Origin: Raillietiella orientalis
Lineage: Eukaryota
Direction: 5' to 3'
Assembly (NCBI GenBank): GCA_036172245.1
Contig: JAYWIR010000086.1
Coordinates: 1 to 64,000 of the forward strand
DNA length: 64,000 bases
Below the pieces are notes generated by a model. It saw only the letters and a list, made by a program, of their open reading frames with translations. It was not told where the DNA came from and searched no databases. The position numbers and the translations under genes were made by a program. Positions 11,063 through 25,044 of this stretch are shown piece by piece (positions within the stretch are counted from its first letter, which is position 1; each line of letters opens with the position of its first letter).

Positions 11063-14000
11063 GTACCGGTCTCCCGAATCAAGTGTTTGATGAGGAACCG
11101 ATGTTATGAGGAATGGAGTACGAGATTTTTTCATGAGACGTGCACCGGGAAATCCGGTTGAGAAACATCGGTGGCGGTCGAGCGTCCCTGGTCCTCATCG
11201 TCCAACAGACCAGCTGCTGCAGACTGCCAGACCGAACGCTCGGCCCTCGCCTCATACTCCGTGAGGTGCCAGTCATCCGGGACTGTGGAAAAAGGGGTGC
11301 GAGTCTGCAGAAGCGCTCTGCGGTTGGCCACACCTCCCCGGAAGCCGCGGCAGCAGGTGCAAGAAGAACGGGCAGCAAACTCGCAGACCGCTCTTTTCGG
11401 ATGGTCTCAGTTCGCAAGCTCATGAAGGACGAAGCCCCGGAGGTGCTGGCGAAGGCGTTTTGCGGCCACCCGAGGGCTTGATCTGTCGGCCTGCATCCTT
11501 CGGACTTGCAATCGAGATTCCTTGCCTTACGGAAGAAGCTCCCATTCCAGCCCTGTTTGGTCGGTGAACATGGACGGCACGCCATCCTTCTCATCCATTC
11601 GGGAAAGCCGCCGTTCGTCGAGGAACGCGTGGTCCATCTGTTTGTTTTGATTTTGTGTTGTACACGTGGCTTCCCACACCCCTGCAAGTTGCCTGTTCAT
11701 TGTTCATCTCAGGGTGGGCAGCAACGGACCAAGAGGTTTGGACGTTGTCCAGTGCACATTCCTGGTCTTCTTCACGCTTTCCGTCAGCGGCGTACAGCTG
11801 CATGTGCTGTTTCGTAGGCAGATGTGTTCTGTACTCGCTCGTGACGTCGATTTTGTTGTACTCGAAAAGGAACTCTTGCAGACAGCTTGTTCCGTTTTCG
11901 GGGAAGGTGGACATGCAGCCATATCGTTGAATGAAGGAAACCCTTGGACGAAGTTGGCAGCCAAACGTCGGTCGCGATGACCGAAGTTGCAACCGCTTGT
12001 GTACTGGGCGAGCATTCGTACGGGAGTGTACCAAGGTGTCGCACAGCTTGGACGCAAGGGCAAGTTTTCGAAATTCGAACGTGGAATCTGTAATGAAGGA
12101 TGCAAGTGTGAAATATTTGGATTCCATTTGCACAATGAAGAGGAATCCTGAATGGCAATGCTGAAAAATGGTGAGCTGAAAAGGAGGAAATTTTTTTGGG
12201 GTGGATGTGCGATGGAGATGCTGATTTTAAAAGTAGGATGGTGATGAGTGACAGTAATTCTATAGCAGATGGGAAACAGGCTGAAAAGCAGAATCATGGA
12301 CTCGTTCTTGGTCGAGCATCAAAGAACAATCGAAAGAAACTGACAAAATAGAAAGATACCTGAAAAGAAAAAAGAAAAAAAAAACCGATTGCTGCCAATG
12401 GAAATGCGTTTCTTCTTCTGTTGCAAGGGTACGTGTGTGTGCGAATTCTCGTTCCTCGTTTGGCAACTCAATCCAGTGGAGGATACAATCACAACACAAT
12501 CACAATCGCCTGCTTTCTCCTTTGATTTCATTTCCTGCTAGGCTGAAGAAAAGCAGGTAGGGTACAAGCACGAACAAACCCACTTTGATTTTTTCCATTC
12601 CATTGAAATAGACCTTTCAAGAAGGAGCCTGGTTCCTTTTGGAGCGATGTTGCTTCTTGAGTAGGTGCAAGCGAGAGGTGCAAGGAGACTTTATTTTTGC
12701 TGCATCATCACAGGATGACAGCGAGCAAGGAATGGAGGAACCGTAGTCCTGTGAGACAAGATGCAGTCCCTCAGATGGAGCATGTTCAAGTGCGCACTTG
12801 TTCCAAGTTTGTGGGCTAGGTTCATGCAAAAGTTCATGCAAATCCTGAAGTGTGATTCTCCTTTGGCCCACTGCTATTATGGCTGCCATCATTCCTCTGA
12901 TCTATTTGCAAAATACAATAACCACTCAACAAGGGATTTTTACCTGGCATGGTAGAATACCTCTTGATTTGAGGCAAAAGTGATGAAAACGTACAAGTGT
13001 ACTATACAAGGGATCACATCGTTCATCTAACATCCCCCTTGCAGGTGTTATCCAGATAGCATCCATGTTTCCCGTGGTATTCATTTCTATATCCCCGTTG
13101 GAAGTCTTCCTCGAAGATGGAAAGTCATTTAATCCCTGCAGGAGAGTAAGAGCCTTCATGGCTAGCTCAACGCTGAAAGGCTGGATGAGCAATATCATGT
13201 TCTTGTTTCCATTCCTCCTGCTCACCCTATGCAACCTCATGTATTAGCTTCGGTAATGAGTAGAATTGATGTTCGATTTGGGTATCTGGAAACTGGATCT
13301 TAACATTCTGAAGAAACAACAGGATGGTACAGGTAGGTTTTGGAGTGGATACTCTTTTGGCAGCTGAACTCTTCTGCAGCACTTAGAACTGTTCTCACCT
13401 TGCAGATCCGTTTTCCAAATCACAATTTGTTGAACAGCCACTTTGCACACCTGAAGGGTACATCTTCTTCCTGGAAAAAGTTGTCGATCCTTCTGAAAAC
13501 AAGGTAAAGACAGTAGGAAGCATGGGGCCAATTCGGATGATGGAGCCACGTGTGGGCTGAGGAATAAAGAGCGTGGACTCCTGCATCTGTCCTAAATCAT
13601 GCTTGAAATCAACTGTAAAAATCATTTCTCATCCTGGAGCGCGGATAAACATTAGGGTGTGAAGAGTAGTTTAGCAGTTTCAGACCTTCTTCCAAGAATG
13701 CTTGAATAGTGTAGTTCTCCACTGTATTCCTACCTAAAGCTCTTCCGGAACCTCTGAAGCAGCCATAGATTTGAAATACGAAAATCGGAACGAAATTTGA
13801 ATCGTGTCCCCAGATATCCGTAGGTTATGAAATATTTTGGTACTCTCACCACTTGCGGAACACCAGAATTTGCTGCTGCCATTGCAAACTATCAATGCGC
13901 ATCAAAACATTCCAACGCAAAATGGATCGATTAATATTCCTCGAGACATACACTGACAAATTTGGTTCTTTTATTGGAACGCGGATGCGAAGCGTCCTCT

Positions 14001-14180
14001 GGCTCTTGTCAGGGAATACTCGGCGATAGGCGTGCTGCAATAGCCGCTGTCTGTGTACCCCCTGGGGCACCAAGGGGGAGGTGTCCCCGGGGAAGATGGA
14101 AATAAAATCTTTCCCATTCCAAAAGGCAGGTTGTTGTTTTCTCAGAGCAAGCTCATCGGGCGACGGCCATCGCAAGGTGT

Positions 14181-14543
14181 TCATTTGGAGCTGGTGTCAC
14201 GGCTTTCGTGTCTTCCGAAACGGACCGCTTGGCCCACTCGCCCGGTAGCAGTAGGCGCACTGCTCTCTACACATCCTGGCTGGTGATGGTCGCGTGTATT
14301 GGGACAAGCGGGGCGCTTGTACAGCGATGCGATCGAAGACATCGTTCACGAAGCTGCTCATAGTGGACACAGCGCTGCCAGAGAAACTCGTGATCGAGTG
14401 CACGTGCCTCAGCTCTTTGCGCATGTGGATCCCATAACTGTCGTTCGCCTTCCGCCTCTTCTTCAGGTCTCTTTTCGCGATGGTTTTCAGGTATCACCAT
14501 TCTTCTTTTGTGCCTTTCCACTTGCTGACATAAAGGAGCCGTC
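14181..14543 (-). pseudogene. H2B: Histone H2B pseudogene (near full length, frameshifts and stops)
   Basis: SGKAQKK...KRRRKANDSYGIHMRKELRHVHSITSFSGSAVSTMSSFVNDVFDRIAVQAPRLSQY / [31 protein letters not shown]..TSSK* aligns by eye to canonical H2B. Confidence 0.9.
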
Positions 14544-14654
14544 GTGCTATTGTGCCAGTGGGGCGTCCGGGTTGGCGACGTTCGAGCATGAGAGCTCGGT
14601 GGTCTGCTTGGCTTCCCTCTTCCGCCTCGCCTCCACTTTAAGCATCGAAAGCAA

Positions 14655-15790
14655 TGCTCGGGCGACGACCCTGTCCGATGAGTGCTCTCACTCCACAACT
14701 CCTCCGCCTGGTTGGGGGAGACTGCTGGCACCTGGGCAAAGCTCAACCCGAGGAGTTACGAAGCGCGGAACTGTCTTGGTACTGGCACACACGCCCGCCG
14801 CACTCTGCGGGAAATACTGCAGTTTCCTACGAGTTGCAACTGGGCGGAGGCGACCCTCCTTTCCACGGTGATGCCCTTCCTGTGGTGGGCGCTTCACGGC
14901 AGCCAAACGCCGTGGTGGCAAGTCTCCTGCCGGATCGCAGGCAGGGAGAAGATCATCAACGGCTGGACCATGGGAGAACTGGCGGACGCCACCACCCCGA
15001 CCGTCCAGCCGAGTGGACTTCCGAGATGGGGCGACCTGCTCGTCATTCCGTTGGATGAGGTGTGGTGGCCCCCAGAAATGATTGTATCCAGGATGCTGCC
15101 CCTTAATTGGCAAGAATCGGCGTTGCTACTTTTGCACTGGGGTTCACCCTGCAGCGCAGGCCGCTTCCACTGTACAAGGGGTGCTCTGGATCCTGCGTGT
15201 GCCAGTTGTGGGTAGCGGGAATGGCTCCCCCACCTCATCGTTTATTGCGCTGCCCTCCAACCCGTTTGGGAACGGTACCGGACGACTCTCGGCCTCCCTA
15301 TGGGCAGCGCGCCCAGTGACGTTTTCAGGCTCCTCTTCATGCGGGACGCCCTGCAGCCAGCCGCGGCCTTGGCAGCACTGTGCTGGGTTCGAGGTATTGC
15401 GGCGGCCTGGAGTGAAGCCGAAGATGGAGACTCTATCGTGACGGACGTCATCCCGTATGCTGCTCACTTCCTGCATGGAGCTACCGGAGGGCCCCGGTTG
15501 GGTGGAATGAAGAAGGACCTCGAGGGCATCCTTCGACGGACGGGCCCTCCCCGTAGTGGAATGTGATCCCTTCCCGGTCCTCCAAGCTCTTTTTGTTTGT
15601 TTGTCTCTCTCAACTTTATTTTTACTTTTGTTTTCTGCCCCATCCCCGTGCTCTGCCGAGGAGTGCCACGCCGGGCTGCGTCCCGGCGTCCCGGAAGCTC
15701 CGGTGTCGCGTGGCCGTTAGTGCGGCCCTGTACCACGTTCCGTACTGACCGAAAGTTTTTAAATAAAAGCCACGGCTTGACCGGGTGGAA
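14655..15790 (+). mobile_element. Second 5'-truncated copy of the L1/Tx1-like family (ORF2 3' part plus 3' UTR)
   Basis: NSSAWLGETAGTWAK, WQVSCRIAGREKIINGWTMGELADATTP and WQESALLLLHWG...DPACASCG match the 5742-7143 copy; same 3' terminal motif ending GACCGGGTGG. No TSD found; left boundary approximate. Confidence 0.88.
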
Positions 15791-16339
15791 ACGTCAGTGA
15801 ACCCTCAGGCAAAACCAGGTTTCGGCGCTTCACCCCAGTAACCTTCCGTAATCACCCTTACTCGCCAGAGAGCGCCCTAGCCCTTCGAAGAGCAGACAAT
15901 TGCATGACCAATGAGGCGAAGGGAAACGGATGCCTTTTTCCTCAGCACGCTGAAGGATTCTCAGACACGCCTCCCAGGAGCTGTGGTTTCCGTCTGTACA
16001 GAAGACCAAGGACTCCTGCGGACGTCCTTTGTGTTCCGAAAAGAGAGACCAACTGCGAGAAAAAACTCTTTCTGTTGAACTTGTCTCGGCTGCGAAGTGG
16101 GAAACGCAGGAAGAGGAAGAAAACAATAGAGACGAGCAGCTGCTGCTTTTAGTCTTGGATGTTCAGCATCTCTTTCCTCGTCTCAACAGTCGTAGGGAGG
16201 CTCCAACGGTGTGGAGATGCCTGCACTGGAGCGCCGCATCGCGGACAAACAGACGGTCAGCGCGCTCGCAGGCGGAACACGCGTGGTCCTCTCGAATTTC
16301 TCTTCGCGTCATTGCGTCTGCTTCCTCGTGCGTGTCTGC

Positions 16340-18140
16340 CCTCAGGGCAAGCCATGACAGCAACCAGCCTGCAGGGTAAGAGGCCTCTGCATGCGGTTTT
16401 GGATGCGAACAGGTGCCGGTAGAGTGTTACTCAGTCGGCGCCAAGGGCCAGCCTTCTCGATAGAGATGACTGCCCAGTGGGTGGCATTCCGACTCCTGCG
16501 GACTCTCCTTGACGCGGTACACTTATCCAGGATTCCGCGTATGCAACAGAGCACTGCTATACACCCGGAGGCTGGCATGGCGTCCTGCATCAGGAGTCGT
16601 CGAAACATGTTCTTGGGGTCGCCCCCCGGAATGTTCTGGATCGACGAGAGTCGATTCCACATCTGACGGAGGGCAACACACTCGATGATTAAGTGGGAGA
16701 AGGTTTCCCTTTCCCCGCACTCTGCACAGTGGGCATCCGCACTCCCCGATGTCCAGTGAGACAGGCGTGCTCTGCTGAATAGTCCCGAATGGAGCAGAAG
16801 AAATGCCGTCTGCTGTCACTACAGGGGAAGGGTGCCGTTGTTCCAAGACGCTGGGGGCTACTTCACCTTCTCCGGACGCATGTCGAGCAGCTCGCCCCAG
16901 TGCACAGTTCCATTCGGCGAGACACTCGGCGTTGCAGCGTCCGCTAATTCCCGAGATGTCCACGCCTTCAATAGTTTTTGCCTGCCTCCGATGAGGCAGG
17001 ACCCTTCCCACATTGCCTCCTCTTTGCTGTCCTTAGCGTCACCCAGGGAGGGCAGCACGACGGCAAGGGGGCTGAAAGAAGCCCACAGAAGTTTCTGCAG
17101 GTTGATAGCGATCTCCCACAGGGGCTTGCCAGCGTTCCTGCCTTGACGGAGGCAGGAGAATTCCACATCGCTGGAGCCGTTGATTTTAGCCCACGAGGAA
17201 ACGGACTTCTGGAGCCACGTAGTCCAGTCCGCGAGGACGCAGGAGATCCACGGATTTTTTCTCAGCAGGAAAACCAAGTCCCGCAGCTGAAACCCACCTT
17301 GGTTCAGACTGCGGTCGTTAGCCACCAGGACCGAATACAATCCGTAGTAGGCGGTTGCCCTAAGGGCAAGGAGTCGTGTGGGTGCACGCCATGGCGCAGT
17401 CCAATATCTCGCCACCAGAGTGAGTTTGTGGATTTCGAGCTGTAGCTCCACGAGCTCCAACGTCAGGAGACCAAGTCCACAGTCCCTGCGTGGAGCGCAC
17501 AATTCTTTGAGTCGGACGCGGGGCCTCCGGTTGCCCCAAAGGGCTTTCCTGATGAGGCCCCTTGTCCGTGTCCTGATTTGGGGAGGAGGTGGGCACACAA
17601 AAAGCAGGGGGCGAAGGAGTGGGGCAGCGAAAGCGTTCCAAAGCGCGGCCCGTTCCTGCAGGTAAAACTTGCCGTCCCGGAACGGGCCGATCGCCAACTC
17701 CACCCTTTGGAGAGGTCTGACCAGGCTTCTGCAGCGCAGAAGTTCCCCAATGAAACGCCAAGGTACTTGAAGTACCCGTCCGTGGGGATCCCCAAGCAGA
17801 TCCAGTCCGGCCGTCCGCCCCACGTTGTGTTCGTTTGAAGTAATGACGATTTCTCCCTGTTTACCTCCAGGCCCGTCCCTCGGCGCGGTGGCTCAAAGAA
17901 GTCTTCGAGCGCCGATGCCGGGTGGACCCTGGGAGAAGGAGCAGAGGGTCGTCGGCATAGGCCGACGCGGCAGGCGTGCTGGCACACGAGCTCGGCAGGG
18001 TTGCCAGAGTCTCCCTGCATGCCCTCAGCACCAACTCGAAGTAGATGCTAAATGGCAGCGGGCTGAGGCTGTCACCCTGCCTTACGCCTCGTCGAACCGT
18101 CGACCGTAACTCGCGTTGCCATCGACGGCACGCGCTCGAT
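16340..18140 (-). mobile_element. Degenerate L1/Tx1-like ORF2 fragment (RT core to C-terminus)
   Basis: RT motifs VRRGVRQGDSLSPLPFSIY, AYADD (17948-17959), GLEVNREKS, YFKYLGV, then KALWGNRRPRVRLKELCAPRRDCGLGL; several frameshifts. Confidence 0.9.
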
Positions 18141-18341
18141 CGTAACGCGACATTCCTTAATTACTTCGCGCGGCGGAATTTTCTTTTTACCGTTCGCGGA
18201 ATTTTGAGGGATTTTCGCGTTATGATTTACTTTAATTTGGGGAGTTTTTTTCTTGTGTGACGCCAACTGCCAGCATTCCTCTTCGACTGCCTTTTGAGGA
18301 ATCACTTTTTCCGATTCCATATTCGATGAACGACTGCTTTC

Positions 18342-19760
18342 TTAGCTGCCAGTTGACCCTTTGTTTTTTATTGCTGCCGCCTTCTCTCCCTTATTTTCCA
18401 CCGGTATTTCGGGCGGTGGAGCTACGTTCTTTGGGCACACGACCCTAGTGTGGCCCTTTTCGCCGCCCGTAGGGCAGGTTGCCTCTGGACATCTCTTTCG
18501 TAGATGCCCGAAAGTCTTACAGTGCCCGCAGAACTTCTGCTTCCCCACAAAGGCCAAACGTCAACATATTCGTCGTTCACAATGATTTTGTGGAGAAGTT
18601 CTATGTTTTCACGCAATCTCCCGCGTGCGGCGACTCGCCTACTAAATGCGCCTCGGATACCAAAGGCTTACGATACATCGCGTTAATTTCCTCGTGTTTG
18701 CATAGTTCAGCACGGATGTCCTCGTCGGCCATCTTTTCGGTTAGTGTTTCCTTTTTCTTTTTGTTTTTTCCCTCTTCCCCTTCCACTGCCGAGGAGAATC
18801 ACGCTGGTCAGCGTCCCGGCGTCCCGGCAGGTCCGGCGAAATGTTGCCCGTTAGTGGGGCCTTGTACCACGTATTGTACTGACCTTTGGAAAAGTTTGAA
18901 TAAACGTCCCGGCGTACCCGGGTGGTATCGTCGGCCATCCGCACCGTTGTGCCTTTTAGGTGGATCACTATAGAGCGATCCACCGCTCTCGGAAGAAGAT
19001 TGAGTCCTCAAATGGAACGGGCGTGCAGAGCAGCTTGTGCGTGAGCACTGCATCTCTGCAGATGAGCTCTGCATACTGCACGCCGCTCATCCGCACAATC
19101 TCATCTTTAAGGCCCATCCTTCGGATGGCATTGCCAAACTTCTTCGTTGCAAGAGGAGAGTATAAATTTCCTACCTCATACAGGATGGCCAGTTTGTAGT
19201 CCTCCCTAATGTAGCATTGTATTTCTGCGTAGCGGTCTCAGCCACCTTATCCCATGCCCTCGCCGGGCGACAAGGGTCGATTTTGTAATTGAGCATGTCC
19301 CCACCTCCAAAGGCTGGAGAGACGTGTCTTGCAGGTCTCTTTTCGCAGATATTGCGGCGTTTTCAGGCATTTCTGACCTCCAACAGCCGTCCTTCCACAC
19401 AGTAAAACTTCTTCCATGGCTTTGCTCACGGGAGCTCACCAGAAGCGCGTGCAGCCCCAGTGCAGTAAGCCGCATAGTCCTCCGTGATAGGGAGGAACCG
19501 ACGATTGCCCATGGGATCATGGGTGCGGAGCAGACGCTGTACGAGACTTGCTCCCCTGAAAATGACCTCCACGTACTGTCCGCCGCGCCTGATGGTCATC
19601 GCGACCTGCTTCTCCTGCGAGACGTTCATAGAGCTCAGCGCTTTCGAAAAACCTGTCAAGAAAATGGAGATTGCCTACCGTGTATAACAGGGGTGGGTTG
19701 TACCCCGCTACCAGGTGGGACTTCATTTCAGCTGCGACCGCAGGCTCCTGCGCCGCAGCC
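18342..19760 (-). mobile_element. Non-LTR ORF1 (gag-like) remnants with zinc knuckles; two related N-terminal pieces
   Basis: CGHCKTFGHLRKRC and a degenerate CPTGGEKGHTRVVC. Upstream LYEVGNL...QYAELICRDAVLTHKLL is repeated in diverged form as LYTVGNL...QYVEVIFRGASLVQRLL at about 19440-19760. Confidence 0.75.
18734..18927 (+). mobile_element. 194-bp insertion consisting only of the LINE 3' end, with 12-bp TSD
   Basis: TSD tcgtcggccatc at 18722-18733 and 18928-18939; interior homologous to 6960-7143 and 15590-15790; interrupts ORF1 at VRMAD/MADEDIRAEL. Confidence 0.9.
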
Positions 19761-22482
19761 ACGGAAATCATGCCCACCGGGCCGCGAAGGACGATTCTGT
19801 GGGTGAGGTTGCCTCCACTTCCATCGGCTCTGGGGCGACGTACACGCCTCCCTCAGTAAAACATTCTGCGGCCGCCCCATGGAAAACATCTGCAATTGCT
19901 GCAAGGCAAATTCATGCAAAACGAAATCTGACGCTCCAGTTTGGAGCAGGTTTTCCATGGGTGAACTGTGTTCTTGAAGCTGTCAGGACAACGTGTCCGT
20001 GCACACCTGGAAGAAGAGTGCACGAACTGCTTGCTTCCTTTCTACGGAATGTTTGCCGATTCAGCTCAGTACCTATCGAACCACCTACTTGCAAAGTGCA
20101 AGGTCACCTCAATGGTACTCTCATTTCAGGTACTCTGAATCGTTTCCTAACACGATTGTGGAGGCAAAACCAGAAAGTTCCATTTCTGCGAATTATGCCA
20201 ACATGATAGCAAAGAATTATCTGAATTCTTCCCAAATTGGTGACTCCAATCGTGCAAAGGGACATTCGGATAAAGTCCCACGTTTGCGGATGGCGGTGTC
20301 ACTCTGAGTGCTGACATTCGCAATAGCCACGAAGGACGTTGTCCGCGTGGAGAGTGTGGCAATGGGAATTCGGAGGTCACGAGGACGGGAAGCGAACGAA
20401 AGGCGGAAAACACCCTGACAGACGAGACCATGCCTTTTCGACACGTTGACCACAGACTGAAGTGAGAGTGACGTCAGCGTCAACACTTCGCGTGAAGGGT
20501 GTTCCAGTGCGGAAGGTGGCTCGCTGACGCGGGCAGAACTGGAAACTCGGAGCGCGTCCGCCATCCAGCCCTCTTTCAGAGGTGATAGACTCGGGATGAC
20601 AAAGTCTCGAAATCCCCACGGGAGTGTGAGGGAAGTGCGATGCTGAAGGATGAGATGACGTCAGTACGGAGCTCGCGATGTGCCTTTTTTGTGTTTCGGT
20701 GGGACCGCCCTTTGCCGGGGCTTTATCTTGTACACACCGTGTGTAGTAGGCACCAGCGACCAACTTTCCTCGTTCTCCCTTTCAGCGGGATCGATAAAGT
20801 GTTGGTGTTTTTAGCCTTGCAATGCATTTTGCAAAAGTGCAAACGGTAATGCTTGCACCACCTCTGCAATTCGGAGGCACCACCTTTTGCTGGCTCTGTG
20901 GATTTCCCTTCGAATGCTTCTTCATTTTTTGTTGCTGCTGAGAGAGAATGAGAAAGCAATTCCCCTCAAGATAGAAAGCTCAAATAACGGCGAAATTGTC
21001 GTACTCTCTTCTCGAGGAAACGGTCGACGTTTGGTGTGTGTATGCACTCTCCGGGCACTGGAGTGCAAGAAAGATTTCTTGATCGGATCAACGGGAAAGA
21101 AAAGCACAGGAATCATTGCGAGTCCATCGGATTTGCCGCGAGGATGGGCACTCAACGGGGGGTGTAAACGTTCGTGCGTGCGAAATGGAAACTTCGCGAC
21201 AGAACGGAAAACAAAAGGCAAAAGTGGCATTAAGGAAAAGGATTGCTCGTGTCATGTTATCGCCCCATGCACTTTGTATCCTGCTTCTTCAGGTGATACT
21301 GCTGAGTTCACTGCTTCTCTCTTATCCGTCACATGCCCGAAGCCTAGGGAGCCACAGTAAAAGAACTCGAGAAGCAGCGAAAATCCCACCTCTTCCTACT
21401 GCTTTGCTCGGATTGCAATCGGAATGGAATGCGGCTTGGAAGCTGATATGACTCTGGAAGGGTAGGAACAGTTCGTCATGGGTCCCAGTGGGGGTGCCGT
21501 CAGGTGCTCGTGAACTCTACCGCCCTCAGCGTTCCAGCTCACACCTGTTGGGTGATGTGTTCGCACAAATGCGTGCTGGTCCGATAAGATCTCATCCACG
21601 AATCGACCCACGCCACATCCCTGAGAACAACAAGCAGCATTTTCGTTTCCCTTCTGTCCCAAACAGTTACTCTGCTTTGGATTCCTCGAGGACGCGAACA
21701 GCAAGCAACTGCGCCACGTCCATCGTATGCTTGCCAGTTGTTGCAGGATCCGCGCTCCAGGCAAAGGATACTTTCCACTTCCGCGCCCTTCAACTCACCC
21801 TCGTCAGCAAGGCGAGGTCCGCAACGCTCTCGCTGACGACGCAAAGATGAGCGTAGGTCGCACATGCAGTGTTGCACTCTTTGAATGCCTCGATCTGTCG
21901 AAGATATTCCGAGAGGGGCTCCGGTAGTGTGAGCACCGTACGGTGGTCAGGTTTCTTGCAACCACATGGAGAAATTCTAGCTGGATTCTGGAAAGGAGAA
22001 GAAAATTGCTCCTAAGCACTTGTTCTAACCTTTTTGGGAACTCCCAGAAGTCAACGCCGAACGATGGTTCTTACAAAATACCGAGCTCTTACCGAATGCT
22101 TTCACCACCAGCAGCGCCTGCAGCCGAACTTACTCCGAGATGCTCCTCGACCGGATGTGGAACACTGCCAAAGACCCCAACGAATTTGGTCAAAGTCCAG
22201 CAGCCAATCCGCGTCCTTCTCTAAAAAGAGATACGATGAATCAAAATTGCAAAAATTTCAAACACAGTTTCCCATTCCGGAAACCCGAGCTGCTACCCAC
22301 ATGCCTCGCACTTGCTGGTGACGGAAGGAAGCCAACGAATGCTGGGGCGAACAACTCCGCAACAACACGAACTTGTCCTCGAACCCCACTGATCGAAACG
22401 TTTATGCGAATGCGTGGGTTGGGCAACTTCTAGGAGGACGGATGTACACGTTCTCACTTTTCTGGAAGTAGAAGGCAAGCAC

Positions 22483-23616
22483 TCAGAGGAAATCACCGAA
22501 GCTCTGGGACTCTTTCTCTCCAGGCTGAGCAGCCGTTCTTGAAGCAGCCTCCAGCTTCATAGCTGCATTTTCAAATCGTCCCACGATGGATTCCAATGCC
22601 TTGAAATACGTTTTCCACTTTTTCTGTGCAATGGAAAGAAACAACACCTTCCATGGGTCAACGGGTTCGAATGAGCGACACGCGGGACATGGAATTTCCG
22701 CATCCGTGAAAAATGCCCTGGAGAAAGGCAAACCCGAACCGATTTGACCAACCTTCTGCGGACTGATGGAACGATTCCGCACTGCACTGCACTGCACGCC
22801 TCGACTGATGAAGAATGCATCTGCAGACGGTCTTTCTCTTAGGGGTTCGAAAACGTCTCCTCTGCCGATGTCTCCATTTCCTCGACAGGGTGTGATTTCC
22901 GGTGAATCGACTGCTACACTCCAAATATCGGGGTCGTTCGCCGCGCTTTCCTGAAATCCCAACCCGTAGATCTGAGCAAGATCGAGAAATTCCTTCTCCC
23001 AATTTACGTTCCTGGTTGACTTCCCTTTTTGCATTCTGGACGAAGCCTCAGGGTTCGTTTGTCGGGTACTTCCCTAGGAGGGCAATTCCACCTCTTCCAA
23101 CCTTATCTTGTGCTTGCAGACTAAAAAGCAAGCCGTGCTTTTCCGTGATCGGACTTTCTTGTTCAGGGCCTTGCAGTGTGCACCATCTTGATGCCCTTTC
23201 CTCAAAGCACTGGTGATGGTTCCTGCAGCTCCTTCCTGTTCACTCGGAACCATCTCGCTGTTCACAGCTCTCTCTTCTTCCGTGTTCTGCTCGACCTCAA
23301 CTTTTGGCTTTTCCACGCTATCCTGCTTGCGTTGCTTCTGGACCTCCTTGTCCACCTCCTTTCTACGTTTCGCAATCTGTTTTTCTTCCTCCTTTTTCTG
23401 CTTCTTCAGCTTAGCATTCATCTTCCTTTTATCCCCCCTTCCACATCGGATGGATTCTTCATCCCTCTTTTTCAATCTTAGGCTCTCCTCCTCTGACGCA
23501 CTGAGCTTTTTCTTGAACAGCCACGTGCTTTTGCGGGGCTTCGGGGGAGTTTCCTCAAAAGACAGAGTGTCCTCGCTTTCTCTGCCCAACCACAGGGACA
23601 TTATCCTGGACGACAT
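22483..23616 (-). CDS. Uncharacterised Lys/Glu-rich (coiled-coil-like) gene or pseudogene
   Basis: ORFs 23074-23637 and 22483-23034 share one frame separated by a single TAG; charged segment KLKKQKKEEEKQIAKRRKEVDKEVQKQRK; possible further exon near 21870-21990. Confidence 0.35.
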
Positions 23617-25044
23617 AATAATGCAAGCTGAGCGCAATTTTCAAACAGGACGTACACGACCTGGAAGTCATGCACAATTCCTGAATCACCATCTGCATCG
23701 CAAGTACTGCACAGTTTCAAGAACATTGCCTTCATCTTACCGATTCTCAGCTCTGCTTGTCGATCCGCTTTCCTGCTTTCTCAAGGTAAGCGTGTTCTCA
23801 AGTCGACAATAGGGAATTTCTTCGGGAATACCCTTAGGGCAAAATACACGAGATGTGTTTCAAAGTAGCGAGCGATGAGAATCGCTTTCCGCTTTGCTTA
23901 GAAAGCGAATCCGAGGTGGTCGATTCGCAGAGATCCGAATTCCATCTGGATGATATTCGCTATCTGCTACGATGTTCCGAAGTCACAAACAACGCCCAAG
24001 TAGACGAGGAATGGCTTCAGCAGCACTGCGGAGTTCCGATTCGCGATCTGTTCCACGAAATCCACGAGTCGATCCGAGAACGGAATTCACAATCAGCACG
24101 CGTTTCAGGGAAAATCTCCTTTGCTATGCCACCAGAATGGTTGCCGAGCGCAGAGGTGTCCGTCACACGACGGACGGAGCACGCACACGAGCAACGCGTT
24201 TGGCGGCTGTACGTTCATCCTGGTGGTGTGCACAGTGGTGCACACAAACCTGCGAAAGAACCCAACCGGGCCCTTCATCGAAAGTCTCTTTGCCTCGTTC
24301 CCTTTTTCCCGATTCTCGCAGAGAATTGACCCCCTTGGTTGGCTTGCTGCTTCACGGTTTCGTCTATCCGCGTTTGTACGATGATGTACGGTGCTAACGG
24401 AGGTGGTCACACGCACCATCGAAGGCGTGCGTGTTCCTTTTCCGTGAAGGATGCGCATGACCATCGTACCTGTGCACGCGTGAACCCCCGCACCACCATC
24501 CGCGAGAGTGCACGCATTCCGCGACGCAGCGCACGCGAGTTGCGCCAATAGGAAATGACGCTGCTGGCGTCGAATTTCTTCTTCTTCACAAAAGCAGTCC
24601 GTGGAGCACGGGCTTCCCGGAGACACACAGTCTTTTGGAGGAACCCACCCTTGTTGCCTCCAAGAACAACCAAGAGCCTGGTGATCACGATTCTGGCGAG
24701 TGCGTAGTCCACAGTGCACCCATTGGATGTTCGCCGAAAGGATCCGCCGGGAAAAACTCGCTTTCGAACTCTTTTTCAGGATGGCAACCTTCGGAAAGGT
24801 CGTGTCAGGTCGAGCTGAGTGTAGTGCTCTCCGGTGGGTTCATTCGTCAGTGTCGAGTGGCGAGGGCAGCACAGGAATCGATGCTGCACCTGCTGTCACG
24901 AAAGGATGGCTCCTCCTTCACACTGGGAAAGAAGAAACGGCGACGACGGCTACGGCACCACGCTCGAAACCAGCGGCCATGCACTCTGCTCGGACGCCTG
25001 CTCCCAATTGAACCACTGCCTGTGCTAAAGTTGAACTCCTTTTT

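Noticed and set aside
11131..13630. Possible small spliced genes or pseudogenes on the minus strand
   Set aside because: Some splice-like sites, but I could not build a consistent frame or recognise a family.
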